A stretch of 64,000 nt of DNA from Candidatus Nomurabacteria bacterium (GCA_031425235.1 JANPIZ010000004.1:62-64061), one strand, 5' to 3'; shown: positions 10,260-19,312, numbered from the stretch's first letter. Notes: a model not told the origin generated them from the letters alone. Translations and numbers: made by a program.

Positions 10260-10717
10260 TCAATTAGTCGATCTCCAACAGGACCCCAATCGAAATACTC
10301 TTTATAATCTTTTGGATCAATGAGTTTGATTTCAGTAACATCGCCATCAGGATCAACGATAAATTCACCTATTGGTTCAATAATACACACAGACCGTGTT
10401 TGTCTTATTATTCTATTCGGTTCATAAATATCCTGATACCCAATAAGTTTCTGCTTTAACACTTTCATGTTTGTTTCTTCCTTGACCTCACGAATAACAG
10501 CTTCTTCATATGTCTCTCCGGGCTCAATACCGCCGCCGGGTGGTGTCCAGTATCCTTTATTTTTAGCAAAAACAATTACTAATTTGTCACCATAAAAACA
10601 GAAAGCGTGAACACCTTGCAGAATTTTGCCACCCAAATCTTTTAGTGGATCGTCTTCTTTATACAGGACCTCAAGTGTCTGCCCCGAACGATTTGTGAGA
10701 GAGGATCTTATTTCCAT
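10229..10717 (-). CDS. NUDIX hydrolase
   Basis: GGGIEPGETYEEAVIREVKEETN Nudix box. Confidence 0.92.
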   Translation of the reverse strand: MEIRSSLTNRSGQTLEVLYKEDDPLKDLGGKILQGVHAFCFYGDKLVIVFAKNKGYWTPPGGGIEPGETYEEAVIREVKEETNMKVLKQKLIGYQDIYEPNRIIRQTRSVCIIEPIGEFIVDPDGDVTEIKLIDPKDYKEYFDWGPVGDRLIDQALSLRSGM

Positions 10718-10719
10718 AA

Positions 10720-11505
10720 TTATAATTTACCCATCTGTGCAATATCTAATAATTCCTTGTGTAGTGTTCCGTTAGAAACCACACAACCTAATCCGTCTTG
10801 GTCCCATCTTCGTTCTTCTCCATTCAAGTCAGTCACCTTGCCTCCAGCTTCTTCTGTTATAATTTTCAACGCAGCTGCATCATGACCCCACTTATGATAA
10901 AACACCGCTCCTACATACTTCCCATTAGCTACTTGTATAGCACCGTAAATAAAAGAAGGATATTTCATTACTGCACATTTCTTTTCACTTAATGCTTTCA
11001 TCAGTGGTAAATTTGAAAAGCCAATTGCTTTGCCTGAAGCTGCAATAGTAAAGTATGTGTTCTCAAAAGTGGTATCCTTTGATACAGAAATATTCTTACC
11101 ATTTCTATATGCTCCACTACCTTTGTATGCCCAATACATATTTTTCATTACTGGGTCGTTGATTAAGCCAAGAACTGGCTGACCATCTGATTGATTCACC
11201 AAGGCAATAGAAAAAACAAATATAGGTAATCCCACAGAAAAAGCCATTGTTCCATCTATGGGGTCACACACCCAGATATATTCAGAACCCTCTTTAATAT
11301 CACTTTTTTCTTCGCCATAAATACTATGAGTTGGGTATGTTTCATTTATTCTTTTTATAACCAAGTCATTTATTTCTGTATCAGCCCTAGTCAAGGGAGT
11401 ATTATCACCCTTCCAAGTGGCTTCAGTTTCAAAGCTAAAATACTTCAAAGCTATTTCTTCAGCTTCTTTTGCAAGTTTTTTTGTAAATTCAAGATATTCT
11501 TCCAT
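10720..11505 (-). CDS. Inositol monophosphatase family protein
   Basis: GEE, WVCDPIDGT, HDAAALKIITEEAGG motifs. Confidence 0.92.
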   Translation of the reverse strand: MEEYLEFTKKLAKEAEEIALKYFSFETEATWKGDNTPLTRADTEINDLVIKRINETYPTHSIYGEEKSDIKEGSEYIWVCDPIDGTMAFSVGLPIFVFSIALVNQSDGQPVLGLINDPVMKNMYWAYKGSGAYRNGKNISVSKDTTFENTYFTIAASGKAIGFSNLPLMKALSEKKCAVMKYPSFIYGAIQVANGKYVGAVFYHKWGHDAAALKIITEEAGGKVTDLNGEERRWDQDGLGCVVSNGTLHKELLDIAQMGKL

Positions 11506-11642
11506 ATGTTAATTCTATCATTTTTTCTTCTTTTTCATATCTTCGAGCCACATATCAAAGAATATGTCCGCCATTTGCTCCATTTGGCCTTTGATTAGCA
11601 TGATTAGCAAGAACCGTTCTTGCTAATCCTTCTTGCTAATCC

Positions 11643-11659
11643 ATGCGCGATCGACCGGA
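11643..11659 (-). repeat. 17-bp direct duplicate of the tRNA-Asp 3' end (also at 11813..11829)
   Basis: ATGCGCGATCGACCGGA occurs at both positions. Confidence 0.9.
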
Positions 11660-11815
11660 ATCTTTCCCTCGACTAAAAGTTTTCCGTCGAAAACTTTTGT
11701 CTGGGCACCGCCTCACGGTTTCGACTGCTGTCAAAACATCGCTCCGGCGTTCAAGTCCTTAAAATGCTACTCATTTTATCGCTCACGCAAAAGCCCCTTT
11801 CGGGGCTTTGTTATG

Positions 11816-11889
11816 CGCGATCGACCGGACTTGAACCGGCAACCTCTTCCGTGACAGGGAAGCGCTCTAACCAGTTGAGCTACGACCGC
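11816..11889 (-). tRNA. tRNA-Asp(GTC)
   Basis: GCGGTCG..CTTCC-CTGTCAC-GGAAG..GCCGG-TTCAAGT-CCGGT-CGATCGC-G; terminator AAAGCCCC-GAAA-GGGGCTTTT follows. Confidence 0.95.
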
Positions 11890-11945
11890 ATGTATATAAC
11901 TTACCTTAAAACAAGGGAAATTTCAATCATTAGTTTCCCTTATTG

Positions 11946-12019
11946 TGTCGACGGGTGGAATCGAACCACCGACCTTGGCTTTATGAGTGCCATGCTCTAA
12001 CCATCTGAGCTACGCCGAC
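11946..12019 (-). tRNA. tRNA-Met(CAT), elongator-like
   Basis: GTCGGCG..TGGCA-CTCATAA-AGCCA..GGTGG-TTCGATT-CCACC-CGTCGAC-A; paired G1-C72 and no GGG/CCC anticodon stem, so not initiator. Confidence 0.9.
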
Positions 12020-12105
12020 ATGTAAGAAAATATAGCATTTTTTAACAAAAATTCAAATTTTGGCTCATTGAGCAGAACGCCAAAATTTGTTAAAGTTAAG
12101 CTATT

Positions 12106-14355
12106 GTGGAACTTTCAGACAAGCTCGAATTAAAATTTAAACTCGATATTAATCAGAAAAAAGCTCTCAAAAAGTTAGGTCTTTTTTCAGTGGCTGACCT
12201 ACTTTTCCACTTCCCTGTCAGATACAGCGACATAAGCACAGTCATGAAGATTGCGGATGTACGCCCTGGAGATAGTGCTACTGTGTACGGAAAAATCTCC
12301 AAACTAAAAACAAAGAAAGGTTTTAAGTCAAAAATATCCATGGCTGAAGGTGAGATAGAAGACATGTCAGGAAAAATGAAAATAACCTGGTTCAACCAAG
12401 CGTATCTCGCAAAAATGATACGCGATGGTGAGATGGTCAAACTCACTGGGAAGGTAACACAACCTGCCCGCAATGCTTCTAGCATAGCTAGTGCAGGCGG
12501 GGGTAAACATGGTGTATATCTTGCAAACCCTGAGGTAGAAAAAATACCCAACATGCCGATCGATGCTCACGATACATTATTTAAAAAAGATGCAACTGTA
12601 AACACTGGATTCTCTTATCCCGTATATGCGGAAACGAGAGGTATTACAAGCAAATGGCTGTACCACGCGATTGAAAAAATATTCAAAGAACGCACCCTCG
12701 ATGCGATCCTCGACTATATTCCCGAAGAGATTTTGAAAACATATCATCTTCCCTCTTTAAAAACTGCCCTCGTATGGATACACACACCAAAAAACAAAAA
12801 AGATGCCGAAAGTGCTCGCAAACGGTTCGCTTTTGAAGAAGTATTTTGTATCCAACTCGAACGACAGCATGATAAATATGAATATCGAAAAAATAAATCA
12901 TTCCAAATAACCCCAACAAAAAAAAGTGTTCAAGAATTTTTAAGCCGCTTCCCTTTTAAGCCAACAAATTCACAAACCAAGGCAATAGACACAATTTTTA
13001 CCGACATGGAAAAACAGTTTCCCATGTCACGACTTCTCGAGGGTGATGTCGGCTCTGGTAAAACTCTCGTCGCCGCCACAGCAGCTTATGCCACAGCAAA
13101 AGAACGCCCGCATAATGATAAAGGAGAAAAACAAAATTTTGGGAACCTGCAAGTCGCCTATATGGCACCGACGGAAATACTGGCTACCCAGCACTTCGAA
13201 TCATTTATAAAATACTTTTGTTCATCCCGCCAAGGCGGGGCAAGCCTACCGATACAAGTCGGACTCATTACTGGCTCGGGTTGTCGTAAATTCCCTTCTA
13301 AATCAAACCCAGATACGTGGACTGCTATTTCCCGAGCCCAATTATTAAAATGGGTGGCGAATGGAGAAATACCCATATTAATAGGCACCCACGCCCTTAT
13401 TCAAAAAAGTGTGAAGTTTAAAAATCTGGCACTAGCCATTATCGACGAGCAACATCGTTTTGGTACCGCACAAAGAAGTAAGCTAGTGCGCAAAGATGCA
13501 AACGGGGCCATCAGCGCGCCTCATTTATTATCAATGACGGCTACGCCTATCCCGCGCACGCTGGCACTTACTATTTATGGTGACCTAGATTTATCACTAC
13601 TCGACGAAATGCCGTCAGGTCGAAAGCAAATAATTACTGAAATAATTACCCCAAATAAACGTGATGAGACATATGAGAAAATAAGAACCGAGCTCGGAGC
13701 CGGCCGCCAACTATATGTAATTTGCCCGAGAATTTTTGAACCTGACCCAGAAAAAGAGCTCGCCCTCAACGTAAAATCAGCTGTCGAAGAAGCCAAGCGA
13801 CTCAAGAAAGAAGTATTTAAAGAATATGAAATCGATGTACTCCATAGCAAAATGAGTAAAGAGAAAAAAGAAGAAGTAATGCAGGAATTTACTCAAAACA
13901 AAATACAAATACTGTGTGCTACCTCAGTCGTCGAAGTCGGAGTGAACGTGCCGAATGCAACCGTCATCATCATCGAGGGAGCCGAACGATTCGGACTCGC
14001 CCAGTTGCACCAACTCCGTGGACGTGTCATCCGAAGTTCGGACCAAGCTTACTGTTACATTTTCGCTGAAGCGAAAACTCAGAAAACAATCGACAGATTA
14101 AATGCACTCAAAACTGCAAAAAATGGATTTGAACTTTCCGAACTCGACCTCACCCTCCGTGGTGCTGGTGAACTCGGTGGTACGAAACAATGGGGCATCA
14201 CTGACCTAGGAATGGAAGCTATAAAGAATATAAAAATGGTGGAAGCTGCTCGCACTGAAGCCGTCCGGCTCATCACCAAAGACCCTGAATTAAAAAAATA
14301 CCCGCTCCTCAAACAAAAAGTTCGTGAGAAGACCTCAGAATTCCACTTCGAATAA
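12106..14355 (+). CDS. recG: ATP-dependent DNA helicase RecG
   Basis: OB wedge, GDVGSGKT, DEQHRFG, MTATPIPRTL, QLRGRV, DL..RG.GE. Confidence 0.96.
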   Translation: MELSDKLELKFKLDINQKKALKKLGLFSVADLLFHFPVRYSDISTVMKIADVRPGDSATVYGKISKLKTKKGFKSKISMAEGEIEDMSGKMKITWFNQAYLAKMIRDGEMVKLTGKVTQPARNASSIASAGGGKHGVYLANPEVEKIPNMPIDAHDTLFKKDATVNTGFSYPVYAETRGITSKWLYHAIEKIFKERTLDAILDYIPEEILKTYHLPSLKTALVWIHTPKNKKDAESARKRFAFEEVFCIQLERQHDKYEYRKNKSFQITPTKKSVQEFLSRFPFKPTNSQTKAIDTIFTDMEKQFPMSRLLEGDVGSGKTLVAATAAYATAKERPHNDKGEKQNFGNLQVAYMAPTEILATQHFESFIKYFCSSRQGGASLPIQVGLITGSGCRKFPSKSNPDTWTAISRAQLLKWVANGEIPILIGTHALIQKSVKFKNLALAIIDEQHRFGTAQRSKLVRKDANGAISAPHLLSMTATPIPRTLALTIYGDLDLSLLDEMPSGRKQIITEIITPNKRDETYEKIRTELGAGRQLYVICPRIFEPDPEKELALNVKSAVEEAKRLKKEVFKEYEIDVLHSKMSKEKKEEVMQEFTQNKIQILCATSVVEVGVNVPNATVIIIEGAERFGLAQLHQLRGRVIRSSDQAYCYIFAEAKTQKTIDRLNALKTAKNGFELSELDLTLRGAGELGGTKQWGITDLGMEAIKNIKMVEAARTEAVRLITKDPELKKYPLLKQKVREKTSEFHFE
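12463..12501 (+). repeat. 39-bp palindromic element, in-frame inside recG (PARNASSIASAGG)
   Basis: 34/39 identical to 19574..19612. Confidence 0.85.
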
Positions 14356-14506
14356 ATAATATAAACAAGTTTCATTTTGCCTGCCCCGTAGTCAGCTTTG
14401 CTGTACTACTGGGGAGTAAAACTTGAATTAACTATATATATATGCTTTTATTGTTTTGGAGGCACACGAAACAAGTTTTGTTTAACTTGTCGGTTGTTGT
14501 AAACGT

Positions 14507-14773
14507 ATGACTGATGAAGAGAAAGATATCTGGGCAAAAGATATTATTAGCCTAGCAAAAAGCGTGGGAATAAAATTGGTTCATATTAAACCAAGCAAAT
14601 CGAAGGAAAAAGACTACAGAAAAATAGGGAAATATTATTATTTTCAAGAACGAGGTTTTTGGAAAATATCGACAAATAAACCTAGGAAGATTTTCTACTA
14701 TGGAAAAAATCCTTCCTTTGATCCTGAAAAGGATATGCTGGAAATTCAAAATCGTAAAAAAAGTCCTGGGTAA
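14507..14773 (+). CDS. Hypothetical basic protein
   Basis: 88-aa ATG ORF in otherwise free space, followed by a terminator hairpin. Confidence 0.5.
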   Translation: MTDEEKDIWAKDIISLAKSVGIKLVHIKPSKSKEKDYRKIGKYYYFQERGFWKISTNKPRKIFYYGKNPSFDPEKDMLEIQNRKKSPG

Positions 14774-14789
14774 CACCAGGCTTTTCTTT

Positions 14790-15356
14790 TTATTTATAGT
14801 CTGGAATGATTTCTTCACGACCACCAACACGGCTCGAGATGCGTGCCAATGCGTACAGTAAACTAGATAGTCTATTTAAGTACTGTAACGTGCTCGGCTG
14901 GATTTCTGTTTTCCCTTCTTCTTTCACTGCTACTACTCGCCTCTCAGCTCGTCGTGCAAGTGTTCGCGCAAAATCAAACATTCCACCGAGCTCGGTTGCT
15001 CCAGAGATAAAAAAGGTGCTTATAGGTGGTAAAACTTTTTCTATACCATCTGTTATACTTTCAACCTTTTTTATTTTCTCTTCAGTGATATTTTTTTCAG
15101 CACCAGCTACTTCGGCTTGAACTATAAAAAGGTTTTGCTGAATTTCTAAAACAACATCTGCATACTGCATACGAGGAGTTTCGGGATGGTCGCATTCAAA
15201 ACCACTCGCAGCAGACTTCGCCCGAACAAACCCCAAAAAAGAATTCACTTCGTCGAGTGTCCCAAGCGCTTCGGCTATAAGCGAGCTTTTAGAAACCCGT
15301 TGATCGCACGCAAATGTTTTCGTATTTCCATCGTCTCCTTTTCTGGTGTATAGCAT
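14790..15356 (-). CDS. pduO: PduO-type cob(I)alamin adenosyltransferase
   Basis: YTRKGDDG.T, GTLDEVNS, ARTLARRAERR, YLNRLSSLLY; start moved to MLYTRKG. Confidence 0.9.
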   Translation of the reverse strand: MLYTRKGDDGNTKTFACDQRVSKSSLIAEALGTLDEVNSFLGFVRAKSAASGFECDHPETPRMQYADVVLEIQQNLFIVQAEVAGAEKNITEEKIKKVESITDGIEKVLPPISTFFISGATELGGMFDFARTLARRAERRVVAVKEEGKTEIQPSTLQYLNRLSSLLYALARISSRVGGREEIIPDYK

Positions 15357-15496
15357 AAATCTTAAGAAATTAAATTCTTTCTTGGCATACTTTTTATAAA
15401 GCAATCTATCTGGCTGGGCTCAGCCAGCGAACTGCTTGGCTCGACAGCCTACGCAAGGCTTTCTAAAAAGTACGCCTGCAACAAATTTAATTTACT

Positions 15497-17809
15497 TTAT
15501 ATCTCACAAACTCCTGACACACATGCAAGCTCTTTTGCTCCTATTGTATTATCCACGTTTTCGTATTGAGAGAGCTTTGAGAAATCAATTTTACCGATAG
15601 CTTTTGTTCGCTTTTCATATTCCTCTTTTGTTATCTCTTCATATGGAGCGAGTTGGTATACGTGTTCAGATCGTGGCAAGAATGACATACCACCAACGAA
15701 ATCCCAGTTTTCATATACGAAGTTTCCAACTGCAATCCATTCATCAGGACCTACGTATATAGTCGCTGACGGATTGTGCTCAACAAAATGCTCCTTGAGT
15801 CGCTTCCACTCTTTCATGAGGTCGAGGGCTGATACTTCATCTTTAAAGATTGCTCCATTAGGGGCTTTCACTGGAAATTCAAGTACGAATGTCGTTGCGG
15901 TGTCTTCAGCTTGGCCGACTTCTGGCACACATGGAACTCCTTGATCGCGAGCCATTTGAAGCAATGTATCAGTGTGAGAAATTCGAACACGTCGAACGAA
16001 GTATGGTGCATACCATGGGTGCATACCAGAGCCAACACCAAGAAGCTGTCCTGAATTTCCATGAGGCTTCACACATGTAATAGCTGTTGATTGATTGATA
16101 CCAAAACGCTTTGCGTATTTTTTATTTACTTCGACAGCATGAGCCTTCATCATGTCAAGTATTTTATCCTCGCGAACGATAGGGTTATCATAATATCCGG
16201 TAAGTGATACTCCAAGTAATCGCTCTGCATCACAATTCTCTTTCCACTTTTTTGAAAGGTACCCAAAGTTTGTGAGGGTTGACTGATATGTTCCGAGTAG
16301 TGTTGCAAGTTCTATTTTTTTCTTTAGTGTAGCGGCTGTATCATTAGGGCGGACCACGATACTCGTCAAATTACAAAATTGCTTTGATCGAAGATAAATT
16401 TCTCCGCATGGATTGAGTCCAATTTGTCGTTCATCTTTAATAGCATCCCAGCGTCGTGCTGGTAATTGCTTTTCGAGTCCTGCTCGATTGAAAATACCTC
16501 GCTCCCCTGACTTTGATTTCACGAGTGCAGTCCATTCATCTAAAAATTCTTCTGCGCTTGGCTTTGCGTTGTACACTGCTGAGTTGTTAGCCATCGCACG
16601 TTGACCTTCAGTTATATAGAATTGTCCTTTCTTTGCATCACGCATTTCTGTGTCTTCGAGCTCAGAAAGTGAGATAAGTGCACTACGTCGTACACCTCCG
16701 GCTACTACTATCAAACCGATCTGGCAGATGAGGTCATGCATATCGATGTTTGAAAGTCGGCGACCTTGCTTGGATAAAATTTTTCTTTTTGCGAAGTCCA
16801 TCAAATCCATCAGTGGCTGTGGTCCTGAAGCTTTACCTCCGGCTGTTTGCAATCGTGCACCAGCTGGCCGAACCATACTGTAATCAAACTTCATGTCTTT
16901 ACCATCAAACCACGCATCGAGACCTTTTACAAAGGCATCAGCCCAGCCTTCCTTACTGTCGATAACTACATGAGTAGGAACTTTGCCAGTAATTTGCTTC
17001 TTGATCTGTGGAAATTTTTGAACATTTTCCCATTCCACAGCAAAGCCAAGCCCTGCTCCACACATAGAAACGTACATTATTTCACCAAGGTCTTGCGTAC
17101 AGGTAGGTGCAATATATGAACAGTTGTAAGCCCATACATTTGATTGACGACACGCCTTGCCCGCTGACCACAACAAACGCATCGAAGGGCAAATATCTTG
17201 ATTAATTATAGCTTCTCGAACATCAGCATATTCCTTATTAGTGAGCTTGGTACCTAGGTTCTCTTTCATGTAATCCATATATCGATTGATCGTCTCGATC
17301 CATGTCTCACGACGGCCGAGTTCGGGTATCCAGCGAGAATAGAACTGGTAGAAAATATATTCTGAATATGGACTCGAGAAATATTTACTTGATTCTTCAA
17401 CTGCAAGCTTTACAGCTTCTGGCACTGGACCAAACTGAGCTCGAAGTTCAGAACGTTTGCTTCGGTACAAAATATATTTTTTAGCAGTCTCGGTAAAGTT
17501 ATTTTTCATTAACTCTTGTTCAACAAGGTCTTGCACTATCTCAACCGTCGGTAAAAATGTTGCACCTTTATTTTCTTTGAGAAGTCTTGCTTGTAATTCA
17601 ATCAAACTCTTGAAAACACTGTTGGCAACTTTTCGTGACTCCACCTCACCTCCTTCTTGTGTCACTTCAAAAGCTTTGACTACTGCACCGAGTATTATCT
17701 CCAAATCGAAAGGCATAACTTCACCACTGCGTTTTCGGATTGACTTTATCTTTGAGAGTTCACTTTTTGATAATTTGTTATTTGTGGTTGTTTTGGATTT
17801 TGATTTCAT
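15497..17809 (-). CDS. nrdJ: Class II (adenosylcobalamin-dependent) ribonucleotide reductase, RTPR type, with N-terminal ATP cone
   Basis: IRKRSG ATP cone, YNCS, AGGVRRSALI, NPCGEI, FCNL, TCVKP, C-terminal CVSGVCEI. Confidence 0.92.
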   Translation of the reverse strand: MKSKSKTTTNNKLSKSELSKIKSIRKRSGEVMPFDLEIILGAVVKAFEVTQEGGEVESRKVANSVFKSLIELQARLLKENKGATFLPTVEIVQDLVEQELMKNNFTETAKKYILYRSKRSELRAQFGPVPEAVKLAVEESSKYFSSPYSEYIFYQFYSRWIPELGRRETWIETINRYMDYMKENLGTKLTNKEYADVREAIINQDICPSMRLLWSAGKACRQSNVWAYNCSYIAPTCTQDLGEIMYVSMCGAGLGFAVEWENVQKFPQIKKQITGKVPTHVVIDSKEGWADAFVKGLDAWFDGKDMKFDYSMVRPAGARLQTAGGKASGPQPLMDLMDFAKRKILSKQGRRLSNIDMHDLICQIGLIVVAGGVRRSALISLSELEDTEMRDAKKGQFYITEGQRAMANNSAVYNAKPSAEEFLDEWTALVKSKSGERGIFNRAGLEKQLPARRWDAIKDERQIGLNPCGEIYLRSKQFCNLTSIVVRPNDTAATLKKKIELATLLGTYQSTLTNFGYLSKKWKENCDAERLLGVSLTGYYDNPIVREDKILDMMKAHAVEVNKKYAKRFGINQSTAITCVKPHGNSGQLLGVGSGMHPWYAPYFVRRVRISHTDTLLQMARDQGVPCVPEVGQAEDTATTFVLEFPVKAPNGAIFKDEVSALDLMKEWKRLKEHFVEHNPSATIYVGPDEWIAVGNFVYENWDFVGGMSFLPRSEHVYQLAPYEEITKEEYEKRTKAIGKIDFSKLSQYENVDNTIGAKELACVSGVCEI

Positions 17810-17814
17810 AAAAT

Positions 17815-18384
17815 TTAAATTGTTTTAGGGTTAAGAATGTTGTTAGTTGGGAGAGAGTATGTTTGTTTCTTCCGAACAAGTAGGTTATAGATAGCTGGTG
17901 ATAAGATAAAGGCAAATGTAATGTTGCCTAAGAGGTGTAATAGAGTGAACGGTATTTGTCCGATGAGTGCTTGTAGAAAAGATTGGTGGAAGAACAACGG
18001 ACCGACAGTGAGTCCTGTGGCGGCGTCGAAAAACAAAGTTCCGATAACCGCACACTGAACGAAGTGCCATCTATCGGGCTCATATTTTTTAAAATAATAG
18101 TATGAAAAAATCGCGACAAGTCCGTATGCTCCGGCTGTAAAAAAAGTTTGTATACCGAGCGTCGAGGTGAGTGTATCGTAGATGACAATGCTTAGTACTG
18201 CAAAATAAAATCCAGTGAGTGCTCCAAAATATTTACTAAAAGGCATCGTTACTGCCAAGATCGGTTCTATGTTTGGTGCCCGAAAAGGAATCAGTCGAAG
18301 GAGTAAAGAAAAAAATAATCCAAGAATAACTTTGGAAAATGTACTTACTTTTGTGAAAGATTTATCTTGTGTGTTCGGCTCCAT
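17815..18384 (-). CDS. ECF S-component-like membrane protein, probable cobalamin uptake
   Basis: ~6 TM, RAPNIEPI and QIPFTLLHLLGN motifs; first gene of the nrdJ-pduO unit. Confidence 0.65.
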   Translation of the reverse strand: MEPNTQDKSFTKVSTFSKVILGLFFSLLLRLIPFRAPNIEPILAVTMPFSKYFGALTGFYFAVLSIVIYDTLTSTLGIQTFFTAGAYGLVAIFSYYYFKKYEPDRWHFVQCAVIGTLFFDAATGLTVGPLFFHQSFLQALIGQIPFTLLHLLGNITFAFILSPAIYNLLVRKKQTYSLPTNNILNPKTI

Positions 18385-18420
18385 GTCAAACTATTATACA
18401 TGAAACTAGCTTCAAAAAAG

Positions 18421-18429
18421 TGTGGATAA
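18421..18429 (-). promoter_or_regulatory. Perfect DnaA box TTATCCACA upstream of the RNR operon promoter
   Basis: TGTGGATAA on + strand; -10 TATAAT at 18393..18398. Confidence 0.55.
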
Positions 18430-18627
18430 CCACTCATTTTTGACTAAAAAACATAGAACAAAACATGTAACTTTAGTTGTCAAAAAAATGGTCAACAGAG
18501 CCATATATAACCATCGGTTTTTGAATCAAAAATATCATTCACCTCGGAATTTCATTTGCGCTGGATTTCTACTAGTCCCCCTTTTGGAATAGGGCAAGGA
18601 CATTTCTGCTTAACTTAATTTATAACC

Positions 18628-19230
18628 TTATTTTAATATAGTATCCCCGATAGGTTTGATATCATCCATGAATGGAAACTCCTTTGGATCTATTCTTAGC
18701 TTTGCGATAGGCTTAATCGGTAATCGACTTACCCATTCATCAATAGGAACGCCTTCATCGCTAGTTCCCTGCTCAAATGCGTTTTTATCTAAAATATAAA
18801 TAACCCCTACAGACCATGGTTTACTTTTCAGCATTTCAACCTCAACCTTAAAATCATAAAATATTTTTATTGTTCCATCATTTACTTTTCTTTTTGAAGT
18901 AGTACTCCTCCCATGAAACTTTTCTTTATCTCTAATCGCGTGAAAAATTGGGAGAATAGCGTCTGCTGTAGCATATACTGCATTTAAATTTCCAAACTTT
19001 TTTGATTTACAATTTGCTTGCCTTGGCTCTAATTCACCAACATCATAATTCGATCCATGTAGAAGTAGGTTTTTATTTTTAGTTAGATATTGCAAAATTT
19101 CTTCTTTAGGATATGAGAGATTGTAGTCTACAAAATCACCCTTACTAAGAAGAATTTTTTTGTAAAATTCTTCAAAAGATGCAATTTTTTCTTGGTCTGG
19201 AGATAATATTTCTTTTAAATTTTCTTTCAT
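18628..19230 (-). CDS. Hypothetical protein (LLLHGS..VYAT motif)
   Basis: 200-aa ORF whose ATG begins 2 nt after the tRNA-Ile discriminator. Confidence 0.7.
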   Translation of the reverse strand: MKENLKEILSPDQEKIASFEEFYKKILLSKGDFVDYNLSYPKEEILQYLTKNKNLLLHGSNYDVGELEPRQANCKSKKFGNLNAVYATADAILPIFHAIRDKEKFHGRSTTSKRKVNDGTIKIFYDFKVEVEMLKSKPWSVGVIYILDKNAFEQGTSDEGVPIDEWVSRLPIKPIAKLRIDPKEFPFMDDIKPIGDTILK

Positions 19231-19232
19231 TG

Positions 19233-19306
19233 TCCGCCTGCTACGATTCGAACGTAGGACCCTCGAGGTATAAGCTCGATGCTCTAACCAACTGAGCTAC
19301 AGGCGG
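19233..19306 (-). tRNA. tRNA-Ile(TAT)
   Basis: CCGCCTG..TCGAG-CTTATAC-CTCGA..CTACG-TTCGAAT-CGTAG-CAGGCGG-A. Confidence 0.92.
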
Positions 19307-19312
19307 ATAATT

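Noticed and set aside
11518-11601. Short minus-strand frame MLIKGQMEQMADIFFDMWLEDMKKKKK as a remnant element gene
   Set aside because: Too short, and only a vague resemblance to small recombinase-associated proteins; unsupported without a search.
11633-12000. ORFs 11633..11854 and 11764..12000 (also 2077..2286 and 54189..54449)
   Set aside because: They are antisense translations of tRNA or 5S genes.
11946-12019. CAT tRNA as initiator or Ile2
   Set aside because: It lacks initiator features; Ile2 cannot be excluded by eye but is unnecessary given tRNA-Ile(TAT).
18385-18627. Cobalamin riboswitch or NrdR boxes upstream of the RNR operon
   Set aside because: No B12-box or convincing NrdR palindrome is recognisable, and the -10 box is 8 nt from the ATG, leaving no leader.
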